Assembly (NCBI GenBank): GCA_951406725.2
Contig: OX597827.1
Coordinates: forward strand, 38,006,001-38,070,000
Reading direction: 5' to 3'
Length of the DNA: 64,000 nucleotides
From: Octopus vulgaris
Lineage: Eukaryota
The notes beneath the pieces are model-generated. The model was given only the letters and a program-made list of their open reading frames with translations. It had not been told where the DNA came from and did not search any database. Positions 24,331 to 35,731 of the stretch are shown piece by piece (within the stretch, counting starts at the first letter, position 1; every line of letters starts with the position of its first letter). Position numbers and translations under genes: made by a program.

Positions 24331-27300
24331 GTATGAATATGACACAATATTATCTATCTGTCTGTATACATATGTATGTTTATACAGAAACTCATTTATC
24401 AACAAAATCATTAAAGATATTTAGTCAATTGGAGATATGACTATAGAAAGCATGAAATGTTTTATTTTCGAAAGCATTAGCTTTATTTAACTAAATGTTT
24501 CTAACAATCACATAGAGAAATTTGTGTTTATCTGTGTACATACATTCACACATACTGAGAGACAGCTAGATAATGAATACAGTTATATTCATAAGAATGG
24601 GTATGTGTGTAGTGTATCATTGTATAGGGAATGAAAGACTTGACAGACTGAAAGAATGGAGATTCTTATTTTTTTACTTTGAATGTGCACGATGGTGTAT
24701 AGTGTGTGTGTGTGTGTATGATGATATATGTCGGATTGTGTGTATGTCTGTAGGTGAGTATATATGATGGTGTATGTTGCTTTGTGTATGTATATGATTG
24801 TATTTGAAGATGTATATTGGTTCATTGCTTCATATGATAAAAAGCAGTGTAATTTTTATTAGTCAGCAGAATTACTAAGTCTAGCATGCTCTGTTTTTAC
24901 AGGAACACAAGTGAAAGACTTGGTGGCCGACAAACAAACATTCAGGCTGAAATAAATGTAAGCCATTCTATTTAAGTTTTCAAGTGAAAGTAATGAGAGA
25001 ATTATTTGTTGGGAAGCTCCGCATTAATTGACACCTTGTGTGTGGTTTTGGGTGACTTCATCTGAAGGCACAAAAACTCTTCCCCTTCTTGCTATTGTAA
25101 CTTCAACCTTTATATTTAAGCATCTAGAGATGTTTTTGTTTTTGTTTAGTCTTTATCTAAAATGAAATTATTTTGTTTGCAGGCTGCCATTAGAGCTGTT
25201 GAACAAGCAAAGGCCAAAAATATTTCAAACCTTACTATCAACACTAGTAGTGAGTTCATAATGAACAGTAAGTTATGTTTGTTTCTCCTATGAATCAACT
25301 AATCCTTAACCTATTTAGTGTTTGTGGATGTTATTCCCTAACTTCTTTCATTTGGAACCCAAGTATTTTACTTCTATCAGTGAATGTCCAGAGGATCTCT
25401 TAGTGTTGTGTGTGACTGCATCCTATTGCAAAATTACTATATGTTAAGGTTGAAGAAGAAAATTGAGCGTGTTATTCACCTTTAGCAGCAGGGCTTTTTA
25501 CAAGTAGTCTTCCAGGAACAAATTGGCAGGACTTACTACAGATGTTTATGTGTTTGTTGGTCAGCTTCATTGTAGCAAATAGCAGCTGGAGCTACACTTA
25601 TCTTTGCTCTTCACAGAATATTTGTACAAGTAAATCTGTTACAGGTAATATTTATGTGGAATACTTTTGTTTTTATTTTTCAGTTTGTTTATCAACTTCT
25701 CATTCATCATAATATTGTTATTTCTGTTTGTATAGCTGTGCTTGGGAAGACTCATTGAACCAAGTGACACCATAGTCACGACCATTGCCAGTGTCATGTG
25801 AATGGCACCTGTGAAATCGTAGTCATGGCTGTTACTGGTGTCATGTAAAAGGTGCCCATGCCAGTGGCACATAAAAAAGCACCCATTACACTTTCGGAGT
25901 GGTTGGTATTAGAAAGGGCATCCACCTGTAAAAACCATGCCAAATCAGACTGGAATCTGGTGCAGCTTTCCAGCATGCTACTTCCAGTCAAACCATCTAA
26001 CCCATGCCAGCATGGTAAACAGACATTAAATGATGATGATAATGATGATAGCCACACCCACATCTCTCATGTCACAGGCATTATTTTATTAACCATACAT
26101 ATCTTGGAACTATTGGGTCATCCCATAAATAATGTGGTTTTTTTGTACTTCTTTTATTTTTCAAAATTAAGATAAACAAAATTATTTTCTAGTCTAAAAT
26201 ATACTCTCCTTCATTTTCTACAATGCTCTTCCATATATCTGGTAGACCTTCCCCTCTTCCAAAATTCACTTGTCTGTGATGAAAAATACTCCTCCAGTAC
26301 AGTTCTGACCTCATCTGCAGAATTCCTATTTTTTAGCCCAAATAATTTTGAAGACTGTGTGTTACTGTCTTTTTGTGTTGACATGGTGTAATAGTTGTAA
26401 ACAAATGTCATTGCCATGCAAGCAGTGTCCTTTGTTTCTAATCTTCTATGGTCTTGAGGAAATATTACTTTACTTAGAAACAAAGTAAGGGTTGACAATA
26501 GGAAATGCATCTGGCTGTAGAAAATCTGCCTTAACAATTTCAGTCTGATCCATGCAAGTATGGAAAAATGGATGTTAAATTATGATGATGATGGTTTCTC
26601 TGGTGTTTGCTGTCATTATTGACTTCCATGATAATTACTTTGTGTATTTGTGCATCTTAATCATGAGAAAAGTGGGTCCTTAATCTGAGCATCAACACTT
26701 CAGAGCTTGCAATAAATTTAAATTAAAAGGAACCAAGAGATTAACACAAATACTTGCAACAGAATAAGTTAGAGGCCATTAGTGACCAGAGGGTAGTGTT
26801 ACGCTGGGTGGGATTTTAAATGTAACACCAACGAGTTAGGCCTAAGACAATAATGTTAAATCTGTTCCTTCTCTCCCTCACACCAGGTATGACTAAATGG
26901 TTGAAGACTTGGAAAAAGAATAACTGGACGAAATCAGATGGAAAGGAACTGATAAACAAAGAAGATCTGCAGAAATTGGATAAGAAATTGGAGGGAATCA
27001 ATGTTAAATGGGTAAGTTTAAGCAGGACGAACTGGGAAGCTAAAAGAAAACTCTATCATGACATCTAAACCAACTGAAGGATTTTATTCTGTGTGTGTGT
27101 GAGAGAGAGAGAGAAAACATGTTTGATTGTGTGCTTTGTTTTTTTTTTTCCATTGTGGTCTAATTAGAAGAGGTTAAGATTACTTATCAAGGTTTGCAAA
27201 GATTTTGGTAAGAGATTAGAAAATCTGACTGTAATTTTGGAGGAGAAAAATTTTTCAGTCTGTGTGCTTTTCACCTTTCCTACTGATCATCTTGATGATA

Positions 27301-29312
27301 TAGTAGAAGTTGATGATGGTATGAGGGGTTTCTTCCATATGTTGCAGACTGTTAGGTTTGGTTGTGTGAGCAGTGTGGAAGGACATATCTAGGAGAATGG
27401 TTTCAGTCTCACATTTAACTGTCTGACATATGCATACTTGCTTTTCTCCTCCCTCATTCAAATTTTATTCTTTTCTGTGCCAGCTATTTCTCATCTATTT
27501 CCAGTTCATCTGTTGTTCAGACTACATTCTATATTCCACCTTCACACACTGAAAAGTATTATTTGGTTGATAACCAGATGAGAAGAGGAGAGAGTGGAAG
27601 CAAAAAGACTTCCAGTTACTGTGGCTCTAAGTCTCCCTGCTAAGTTTCTTTATAACCACTACTTTTCTTCAAACCTCTCCAACATCAACAGTAGTTCAAC
27701 TACCAATTATTTTACACTGATGACATCTTGCCTCACCTTTCTTTGTACTTATTCTCATCACATTTCTTTCCTCTCTCACTCCTCCTACACCAATGCAGCT
27801 ACTGTTGAGGATGAGCAGTTTTCCATCCCTAAATTTTGCACTAATTTCTGTTGTCACCTGCCCAAATCCATAAAATTAAATATTAAAAAATTATTGATCT
27901 ATTTCTCACCTCAAAGCTTTTACTTCATTATCAGAGAAAAGGGAGGAGAGAGCATCTAAGTAGTAACAACTTGCTAGAAAAAGCTAAATTTCTCTTAAAT
28001 CACACCCTGCTGTCTTGGAATAGGACATACTTCAGAAAAGATGCATGGCCTTGGCTAGAATACCTTTGGTCATAAGTCTGTTCAATTAGGGTTAAAACAA
28101 CAACATTTTTAGAGTTGCACCTCACAGAATGCTCCAACTTACAGCTAATCAAAGCACAACAACCCTTGCCAGTTCTCTGGTACCTCAACTCACTGGTTGA
28201 CACTCTACCAGTTCTACACTGATGACCCTTCACAACACATGTTTCACCTCTGCCACACACATCCTTAACTCTCTTAAGTTTGTTTCAACTACTGAATGAA
28301 CTAGCACAAAGAATTACAAGGTTCCAGATGAACTAGTCTCATTGACAGATTGTCAAAGAACTCTAGAAGAATTAAATGTCATTTTAATCTCTGATTAAAA
28401 ATTTTAGTAGATGCCTAGAAAATTTTTCATGTCTAAAAATGTTAGTAATAACTTTCTATTATTCAAAGAAACAAGAAACTTTTCTTTAATAACCAATTAA
28501 AATAGTCATAAACAGTTGTTATTATATATTGCCTAGCACTTAGAAGAAAAGGGTTTTAAAGAAAATAGTGTATTTGAATGGTTGTTTTTAATTTAAAAAA
28601 ACACTATTTTATGAATGAATCAATGCTTAAAATTTTAGACATGAATTTGAAACAGAAAAGGCAAGATACCTACTTAACTCTTTTGAGAGAAATATTAGTA
28701 TAATTTGTAACTTGATTAACCAAGGAATGGTCAGTACTTAATAACAAACCAGTGGGACTGGTTTATTGTAATTAGAATTATTATTAAAAGAAAGAAAAGT
28801 GTTGGCCTTGTGCGAAAATTAGAAAGAATTATCAATATTAAGGTTCATAGAAATGAATTGTGTTCATGGCCCATGTAGGCCCTCTAAGAGTGGTTAAGTT
28901 GGCTGCTTCAAGTTGATTGCTACAGAAAGAACTAGGGCAGGAAGGGAATTCCAATGGGATGTTATTCAGGGAAGGGAGGGAGTTGGAAATGATTATTGTA
29001 GGCCTGGGAATACAATATGCATGTTTCAAATTGGTACTAATAATGTTTAGAGATTTTTAAAATTATTATTTTATTTAATTTTATAGTTTAATGAGAGTTT
29101 CTCTAATTTCTATTCTCAGTCTCCGCATAGGAGAATAAAAATAGATAGGCTGTGGATAGCCTCCTCCTCTTTACATCAACAAATAAATATAAAAATTATT
29201 TTGATTGTATATTATTTCTATTTCCTAGGTCCATGTGGATAAACATTGTGCTGGATGCAAAGCTGCTGACAATTTGGCCAATAAAGGAGCAAAACTTCCT
29301 CTACCTGAGTAG
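18785..29312 (+). CDS. RNASEH1: RNase H1-like gene, coding exons 2-8; predicted catalytically impaired
   Basis: Seven GT-AG exons with consistent phases: 18785-18885, 20449-20766, 22827-22938, 24903-24957, 25183-25267, 26887-27011, 29229-29312. They encode a hybrid-binding domain, a linker and an RNase H domain. Exon 1 was not found upstream within the window. Confidence 0.93.
19105..19770 (+). mobile_element. CORE SINE with a nested RTE-tail SINE (about 19245-19532)
   Basis: CORE SINE 5' half, an inserted (GAT)n-tailed repeat, then the CORE SINE 3' half. Confidence 0.7.
20449..20766 (+). CDS. RNASEH1: RNase H1-like exon: long connecting region
   Basis: ttaacag|AC...ACT G|gtaatg. Phase 1-1, 318 nt, open (DKTLSSVAKSIQPIVKKLMSG...EEGGFTG); joins the flanking exons in frame. 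Confidence 0.8.
20890..21830 (-). mobile_element. R4/Dong-like (restriction-like endonuclease) non-LTR retrotransposon 3' fragment
   Basis: TEALICTAQEQALRTNY...DKC...ETV..IVSE zinc-knuckle region and GDNRIEEKEKEKVNNYDELKWEIHRLW endonuclease region. Confidence 0.75.
22827..22938 (+). CDS. RNASEH1: RNase H1-like exon: first catalytic strand with Asp->Ala
   Basis: KKLADDDKDVFIAGSCFNNGKPNASAGLGVYWGERE; compare human [29 protein letters not shown]. Confidence 0.92.
24903..24957 (+). CDS. RNASEH1: RNase H1-like exon (catalytic Glu retained)
   Basis: NTSERLGGRQTNIQAEIN; compare human NVGIRLPGRQTNQRAEIH. Confidence 0.92.
25183..25267 (+). CDS. RNASEH1: RNase H1-like exon with TDS->TSS
   Basis: AAIRAVEQAKAKNISNLTINTSSEFIMN; compare human [28 protein letters not shown]. 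Confidence 0.92.
25735..26050 (+). mobile_element. RTE-tail SINE or truncated RTE
   Basis: GTGGCACATAAAAAAGCACCC...GGGCATCCACCTGTA...(GAT)n. Confidence 0.7.
26190..26345 (-). mobile_element. mariner transposase C-terminal remnant
   Basis: DEVRTVLEEYFSSQTSEFWKRG...IVENEGEYILD*. Confidence 0.6.
26887..27011 (+). CDS. RNASEH1: RNase H1-like exon (basic protrusion)
   Basis: MTKWLKTWKKNNWTKSDGKELINKEDLQKLDKKLEGINVKW|gtaagt; compare human [27 protein letters not shown]. Confidence 0.95.
29229..29312 (+). CDS. RNASEH1: RNase H1-like terminal coding exon
   Basis: cctag|VHVDKHCAGCKAADNLANKGAKLPLPE*; compare human [30 protein letters not shown] signals follow near 29347, 29474 and 29573. Confidence 0.92.
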   Translation, partial: VHVDKHCAGCKAADNLANKGAKLPLPE

Positions 29313-31019
29313 ATTTTCCTGCATGTTGTTATTTGAAATGTCAACAAATAAATCATAAAGTCACACACACACAAACACAGTCTCTCTCTCTTGCACAGAT
29401 ATAGTGATAAGCATAATCTTACAATAATACTTTCCAAACATCCTCTCACAAAGATATATAGTAGTATTTCTACAATAAAAGATATATGCATTCATAATTT
29501 AGTTCATGTGGTTATTTCTTGTTGGTGCGTCAAATAATTATGATAAAAGTGGCATAATTGAAATATGTTTACAATAAAATAGCAGAGAAAATATAAAGAC
29601 TCCAGTTACAAAGAAAAAGTGATTAGCCAGTCATCTGGCAAACAATGTGCTATTCTGATACTTTCTGTGGGTCTGTTTCTCTTTTCTAACCAAAATTAGT
29701 TTTTATGTCTGTGTATCATCATTATTTTTATATCCCATTTTTCAGACAGACATAGGTTGGACAAGACTACAACACTAGCAAATCTACCCATCTATGATGG
29801 GGACATAAAATGAGGGAGGGCGGTCACAAGAGCAGTATGTATTGAGAAATGTATAAATGGACTTGATAGATTATTGGGTGATGTCTTAAAGAAATCACAT
29901 TATTGTTGGTGATGCAGCATTCTATTGCAGCTACATGACATGTTTGCGACTAAGTGACGTGATGACAATTCACTCCCGAACTGAAATAAGCTCCTAGCCC
30001 CTGTATCCTGAATGGTTATGGGGACCACACCTAACAAAAGCCAGACCTTCCTTCAATCACTACACAAAAAGTATTAAGAAAAAAAATGTTATTTAGATAT
30101 ACTTTTATTTTAGTTGTTTACGCTATTTTATGCAGGCTTATAGTCTTAAACATTCAAAGTTCACAAATTTCCTTATTTAAATTGTGAATCATATTCCTTT
30201 CAATAATATCAATATGATTACAAAACTTCTTTGTAGACGATATTTTCTCTTTGTTCGACACTAATTTTCAAATTACTGGAGTCCTTTTCTCTACTCATGG
30301 CGACATATAACTGGCTGTGTGTAAACATCAGAACAGGTAAAAATACTCCTACACGATCTAAAGTCTGGCCTTGTGCCTTGTTTGCTGTGAATGCACAAGT
30401 AGAATCTTTAGGTATCTGCCCATCTACGATGGGAAATAAAGGGATAGTATCGCAAATCTAAACCCTCTAAATTCACGAACTATATAGGGAGGGGAATCCA
30501 GAGTTAATCCTCGTTACTGGAATTTAAGAAAAAAATCAAAGGTGATTTATTGATACAAAACTCGATATACACTAAATAATCATACTTCTTCACATTTTTT
30601 CCTATTTACCTCCTTTGTAATCCGGCCATTTGACCATGAAAAGGGAGCAGACAGACGGAAAGACATAACACTCATTATAAGAAGTTGACTTACTTCCCTT
30701 TACTTCTTTTATTAGTTATCTCCCCCGTAATTTTTATTTACTTTTTTACACCTGTGAACTGAACAATTACCTTCAGTATCCAGTAATAATCGTAATTTTT
30801 CATGTTTTTTTCACTAAAAACTTCCTTGATTTCCTCCTTCATAATTCTGAAAAACACTGGTCCAGCTCTTTGACCATGAAGAGGGCAGAGACAGATGGAT
30901 ATAACGCCCATTATAGTAAAATGATATCCTTCCTGTCACCAACTCTTGTTTTTTTCTTTTTTTAAGTAAGGTATTTTTATTCCATTAGTATTAACATGTT
31001 GCTGCCAATGAAACTTGAG

Positions 31020-31445
31020 CTACAGGATGCATTGTTTACCTTGGTAGATAAAGCAATTAAGGGTATGAAGACAGGGAAAGCTTCCAGCCCATCAGGAATC
31101 ACCGCAGAGATGCTTAAAATATCTAGCAGTGTTGGCTATAGTCTAGTCACCCGTATAGTCAATCAGGTGACACATGAAAGAGGAGCAGCACCATAGTCAA
31201 CTGCTACAAAAGTAAAGGTGATGATGTATTAGATACGAATAATAATAGAGGTATTAAGTTGTTGGATCAGGTAATGAAAGTCACGGAGAGGGTCAGTTTA
31301 GATGAGATGCAGTTTGGGTTTGTGCCAGGAAAAAGCACCACTAATGCTATATTTCTGGTAAGACAACTGCGGGAGAAATACCCAGCCAAAGATAAATCTC
31401 TGTACCTGGCTTTTATTGACATAGAGAAAGCCTTTGACAGACCTG
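31020..31445 (+). mobile_element. RTE LINE RT fragment
   Basis: KAIKGMKTGKASSPSGITAEMLK and QFGFVPGKSTTNAIFLVRQL..FIDIEKAFDR; homologous to 40940-41380. Confidence 0.85.
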
Positions 31446-31617
31446 GGATGAGGTGGGCCTCACAGTGGCGTTGACAAGTTTCTCCTCCCATTCATTCTCC
31501 ACATTCAGCAGTCATTCATAATAACATTTTGAAGCCTCTTTCTTTGCATAATCATTAAATACAAGTGCACCATCATCCATGCAGACACATTTATCTCCTA
31601 TGACGTCACGATTTCTC

Positions 31618-32400
31618 TCATAAACTGTCTTGAAATCCGAAACACTCTGTATTTAAGAGCAACAATGCATCCTGCTGCTTGGTGAGAATGTAATCAATCT
31701 GGCTAGCGTAGCCATCTGATTGGTAGGTTATCAGCTGGCTGGTCAGCTTCTTGAAGTTAGTGTTGCAGATCAATAGGTTATTTGCATTACAGAACACCAG
31801 TAACCCTGTTCCCTCCAATTCCATGGCCCCCATGTACATCATGGAAAATACCGGGCTGCCGTTTGATATGCTCATTGAAATACCCAGCCACAAAGATGAG
31901 ATTCTTGTCATTTGTCTTGGAGGTAGCCTGCAGGAGAATATCATAAAAATAGTCCTTCTGTTCATTTAGTAGGCTTGCTTGTAGGGTATAGACAGAGATA
32001 ATTGATGCTATGCTATTCTGCAAGACTAGCCCAAGCTTAAGCACTCTATTGCTCACTCTGACTACTTCTATGACCTTATCTACCCATTTCTCTGCAAGAA
32101 GTATACCTACACGTCTTGCCTGTGAGGAACATGGCTGAAGCTCCTCCCACCTTATTTCCTGAATGCAGCATACAACAACATGCCTCCATTCAAGCAGCTC
32201 AACAATCTTGCAAGATCTACTTTTCAATGTGCCTATATTCACAGTGCCAACCCTGAGAACTGGGTAAGGGACACTGGAGGTTACATGGCCAGGAGAGATG
32301 GTATTGGGCACCTGAAAAGAAAGTTTCAGTGATTGTTTGGCAACCGAAATGTCACATCAGTTCGTCTCGCTTTAACCTACCATCATTCAAACATGTTAAA
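31618..32400 (-). mobile_element. RTE LINE 5' region and AP-endonuclease fragment
   Basis: LRVGTVNIGTLKSRS..CCIQEIRW, IFVAGYFN, SQIDYIL. Confidence 0.85.
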
Positions 32401-34260
32401 ATTGTTGTCCCTATTGGTAGTGAGTAGCGTTATAAATATAAGCATTACTGCCGCAAATATAAATAGGTCAATGTATAAATTAATTAAATAAATGATCTGC
32501 CATGGTTATTCCGTTATATATAGGGAGAAAGAGGTAGGTGGCATGTTAATTTACTAATAATTTCCTAAGTAACATATCACCCTTTGGTGCATGCAGTTTT
32601 GTTGGAAGGAGGGAAGAAGGTATGTAAGTCTTCTGGTTCAGAAGCAAGGCAGAGCCCTGTAGGGGTTTCCAGTATAGGTGGTGGGGGCACTGCAGACAAG
32701 CAATGGCCAGTTTACTATTGTTGGGGAGAGAGACATGACTATATTGAGAGACATAAGTAAAACAAGAATGCATACAAATTTTAGAGAACAATGTCGAAAA
32801 CATTATGAAACAGTGATGAAACAGAACTAAGATTTTAGGGAATTACAGTTTGAAGGTTATTTGAAGAATCAAACATATAATACCAGCATGATAGTACATG
32901 TTGAGTTACATGAGTGAATGAATGAATGAGGCAATTAAGAAAATGAGAGAAAAATTCTTAGCTATGCATATTGCAAAACAACAGTGAATCAAGTGGCGTA
33001 AAAGTCTAAGAAAACATGTGCTAAAGATCCTTTATAAGAACTACAGCCGGAAGTGGTCAAATAAGATGGTCAGTTTTATTTAAGGAAAAGTTTGGTAACA
33101 AAACTAAAATCAAAAAGGAAATTTTTTGTTTTTAGATTGAAACAATAAATCAGATTCATTTCTTTAAAATAATAATTTACATATTTTATTTACAGTTGGT
33201 AAAGAAACTTTGTTTGGACAGTATGAAATCTCTGATTTTGGCTATTCTGGTCAGTATTGTATTGGTCATGTTAGATGTTTCATTTAATTATATTCTCAGT
33301 CAAATATACTTAGAAACCAAAGGAGTTCCTATCCACAATCTTGGTTATGTTTCTGACTAACATTAATAATATCTATGAGAAAAGCATGTATGTCACATCT
33401 CATTCCCTTATGAAATTTTTGGGGGACAAAAACAGTTAAAAGACATTAGTATTTATTTACTTATATGAAGCATTGTAGCTTGATTTTATTATTACCGGTA
33501 CAACATTGATTTTCTGAAAACTTTCAGATGACTGATTTTTCCAAACCAGGGGTGGTCACCTCTATATTAAACAAATATTAAATTTACTTAATTAAATGAA
33601 ATATAGAGCTACCAAGTAAGCTAGTCTGGCAACTGTGAGAATTTGAAGTTCCTGTTCATAAAGCAGAGTGGATTACAAGAGGTTCTGGACCATCAGAGTC
33701 CGGAAAGTCAGTGTTGTACCTATTTAGAACTTAAATATTACAAAAGATAGGGGATGGGAGCAAATATTTGATAATTCTTGTTTGTCACAAAACTGGACTT
33801 CTCTCCAAACTATGTCAACATAAAAATATCTTTCAACTAGATGTAGGGCGTTGTGTAAGATGGTGTACCAAATTCAGTGTATTACTGGTATGTATCTTGG
33901 CACAAAGCCAAGGAAATGGGATGCAATATATGACCTGGTGACTATTTTTTCAACCTGCAAGGCTGAAAGAGTCTCGGTGAGATTTGAACTCAGAAAATAG
34001 ATATATCTAAATATTGTCATCAACCACTTTTATGTGTAATTCTATTTTTAAACAGATACAAGAACACATTTCTAGGGAGGAGTGTAATTGACTCAATTGA
34101 TTCCTCCAGTAATTCATTGGTCCCAGAAGGATGAAGGGAAAATCTGTCTTGGCTGAATTTCAATGAAAAAAGTTAAATTGTTGTAACTAAATTGCCATTT
34201 CAATTTAGAGAAGTGTTGATTACAGCAACCCCATTATTTGACAAGAAATTTATTTTATCA

Positions 34261-34790
34261 ATCAAAATCAAAGTGAAATTCGATGACAGGCACCCGTGCT
34301 AGCGGGGTGCAAAGAGCACCATATGAGCATGATCGTTGACAGAGCAGCTAACTGGCTTCTGTGCCAGTGGCACATAAAAGGCACCATTCGAGTGTGATCG
34401 TTACCAGTGTCGCCTTACTGGCACTTGTGCCCCGTGATAGCAGGGTGCTAAGAGCACCATCCGAGCGTGATCGCTGCCAGAGTGGCTAACTGGCTTCGGT
34501 GCCGGTGGCATGTAAAAGGCACCATTCGAGCAGGATCGTTACCAGTATTGCCTTACTGGCACCTGTGCCGGTGACATATGTAAAAAGATTTGAGCGAGGT
34601 CGTTGCCATTACTGCCTGACACGTAAAAGCACCCACTACACTCTTGGAGTGGTTGGCATTAGGAAGGGCATCCAGCTGTAGAAACTCTGCCAGATCAAGA
34701 CTGGAGCCTGGTGCAGCCATCTGGTTCGCCAGCCCTCAGTCAAACTGTCCAACCCATGCTAGCATGGAAAGTGGATGTTAAACGATGATG
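34261..34790 (+). mobile_element. RTE-tail SINE with an internal tandem duplication
   Basis: Starts with (AAAATC)n, contains repeated GAGCACCAT..GTGATCG..GTGGCA units, ends in (GAT)n. Confidence 0.75.
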
Positions 34791-35731
34791 AACCCTCGGA
34801 AGGACAATAGGCAAAGTTCATCTCAGAGGGATTTAATTGCAAAACGTTAAACGGCTTTAACTAAATGCAGCAAAACATTTTGTCCAACACTAAAGATTCT
34901 CCCATTCATCATCCTCTAATAATTGATTCCAATATAGGCACAAGGCCAGACATTTAGATTGAGGAAACAGTTAATTATATTGCCTCCATATTACTTAGCA
35001 AAAAATTTATTTTCCTTAACCACACCAAAGAATGGAAGGTAAAGTTGACACCAGGGGATTTAAACTTAGAATCTAAAAGGTTGTATTGAAACACCACAAG
35101 GTATTTTATTTGCTATGAATCCACATCCCTCTAGTATTAAAAGTCAGTCAGAGTTCATATTTAGAATGGAGAGATAGGAAGTTGTGACATTTAGATATAT
35201 TAGCAAAGTAGGTTAAGTACTTTCTGCATAAAACTGAAACTAAACTGAAGACTAAGGTCAATCATGCACAGCTGGTGATAGGTTTATGATGTTTATGCCT
35301 TTACTAAAATCTTTGGTAGCATAAACAAAATGGCATCATCCAGAATGTAAAAAGGTAGTATAGTGTGTATAGTGCAATGTTTGATAATATAAATAATAAT
35401 TGATTTTAACGCAGGTAAGGAGGTTGTGATGTTCATGTATCTCTGAAGAATGTTGGTGTACCATCTTGTCAATAACCTCTACTAAATATGCCAAATAGAT
35501 TCTGTAATCATTGGTCAGCCTTAACCATACAAAAGTTGTGAAATTCATGCCTTACCTAAGGACAGGAAAAAAATACAACTGTGAATCAGATGATTTCTGA
35601 ATTAAGCCTATTGAGATTGGGGAAAGGGAAAAGGAGTTTGTGTTATCTATTCAGAGTTTTCCTAAGAGCACCAAGTCTGAACTGTTTCTGCAGAGAATTC
35701 ATTTGCCAAGAAGACAGCTGTACATTATTTG

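Noticed and set aside
22865-25248. Restoration of the catalytic Asp codons by A-to-I RNA editing
   Set aside because: GCT has no editable A, and AGT would become GGT (Gly). Neither can give Asp.
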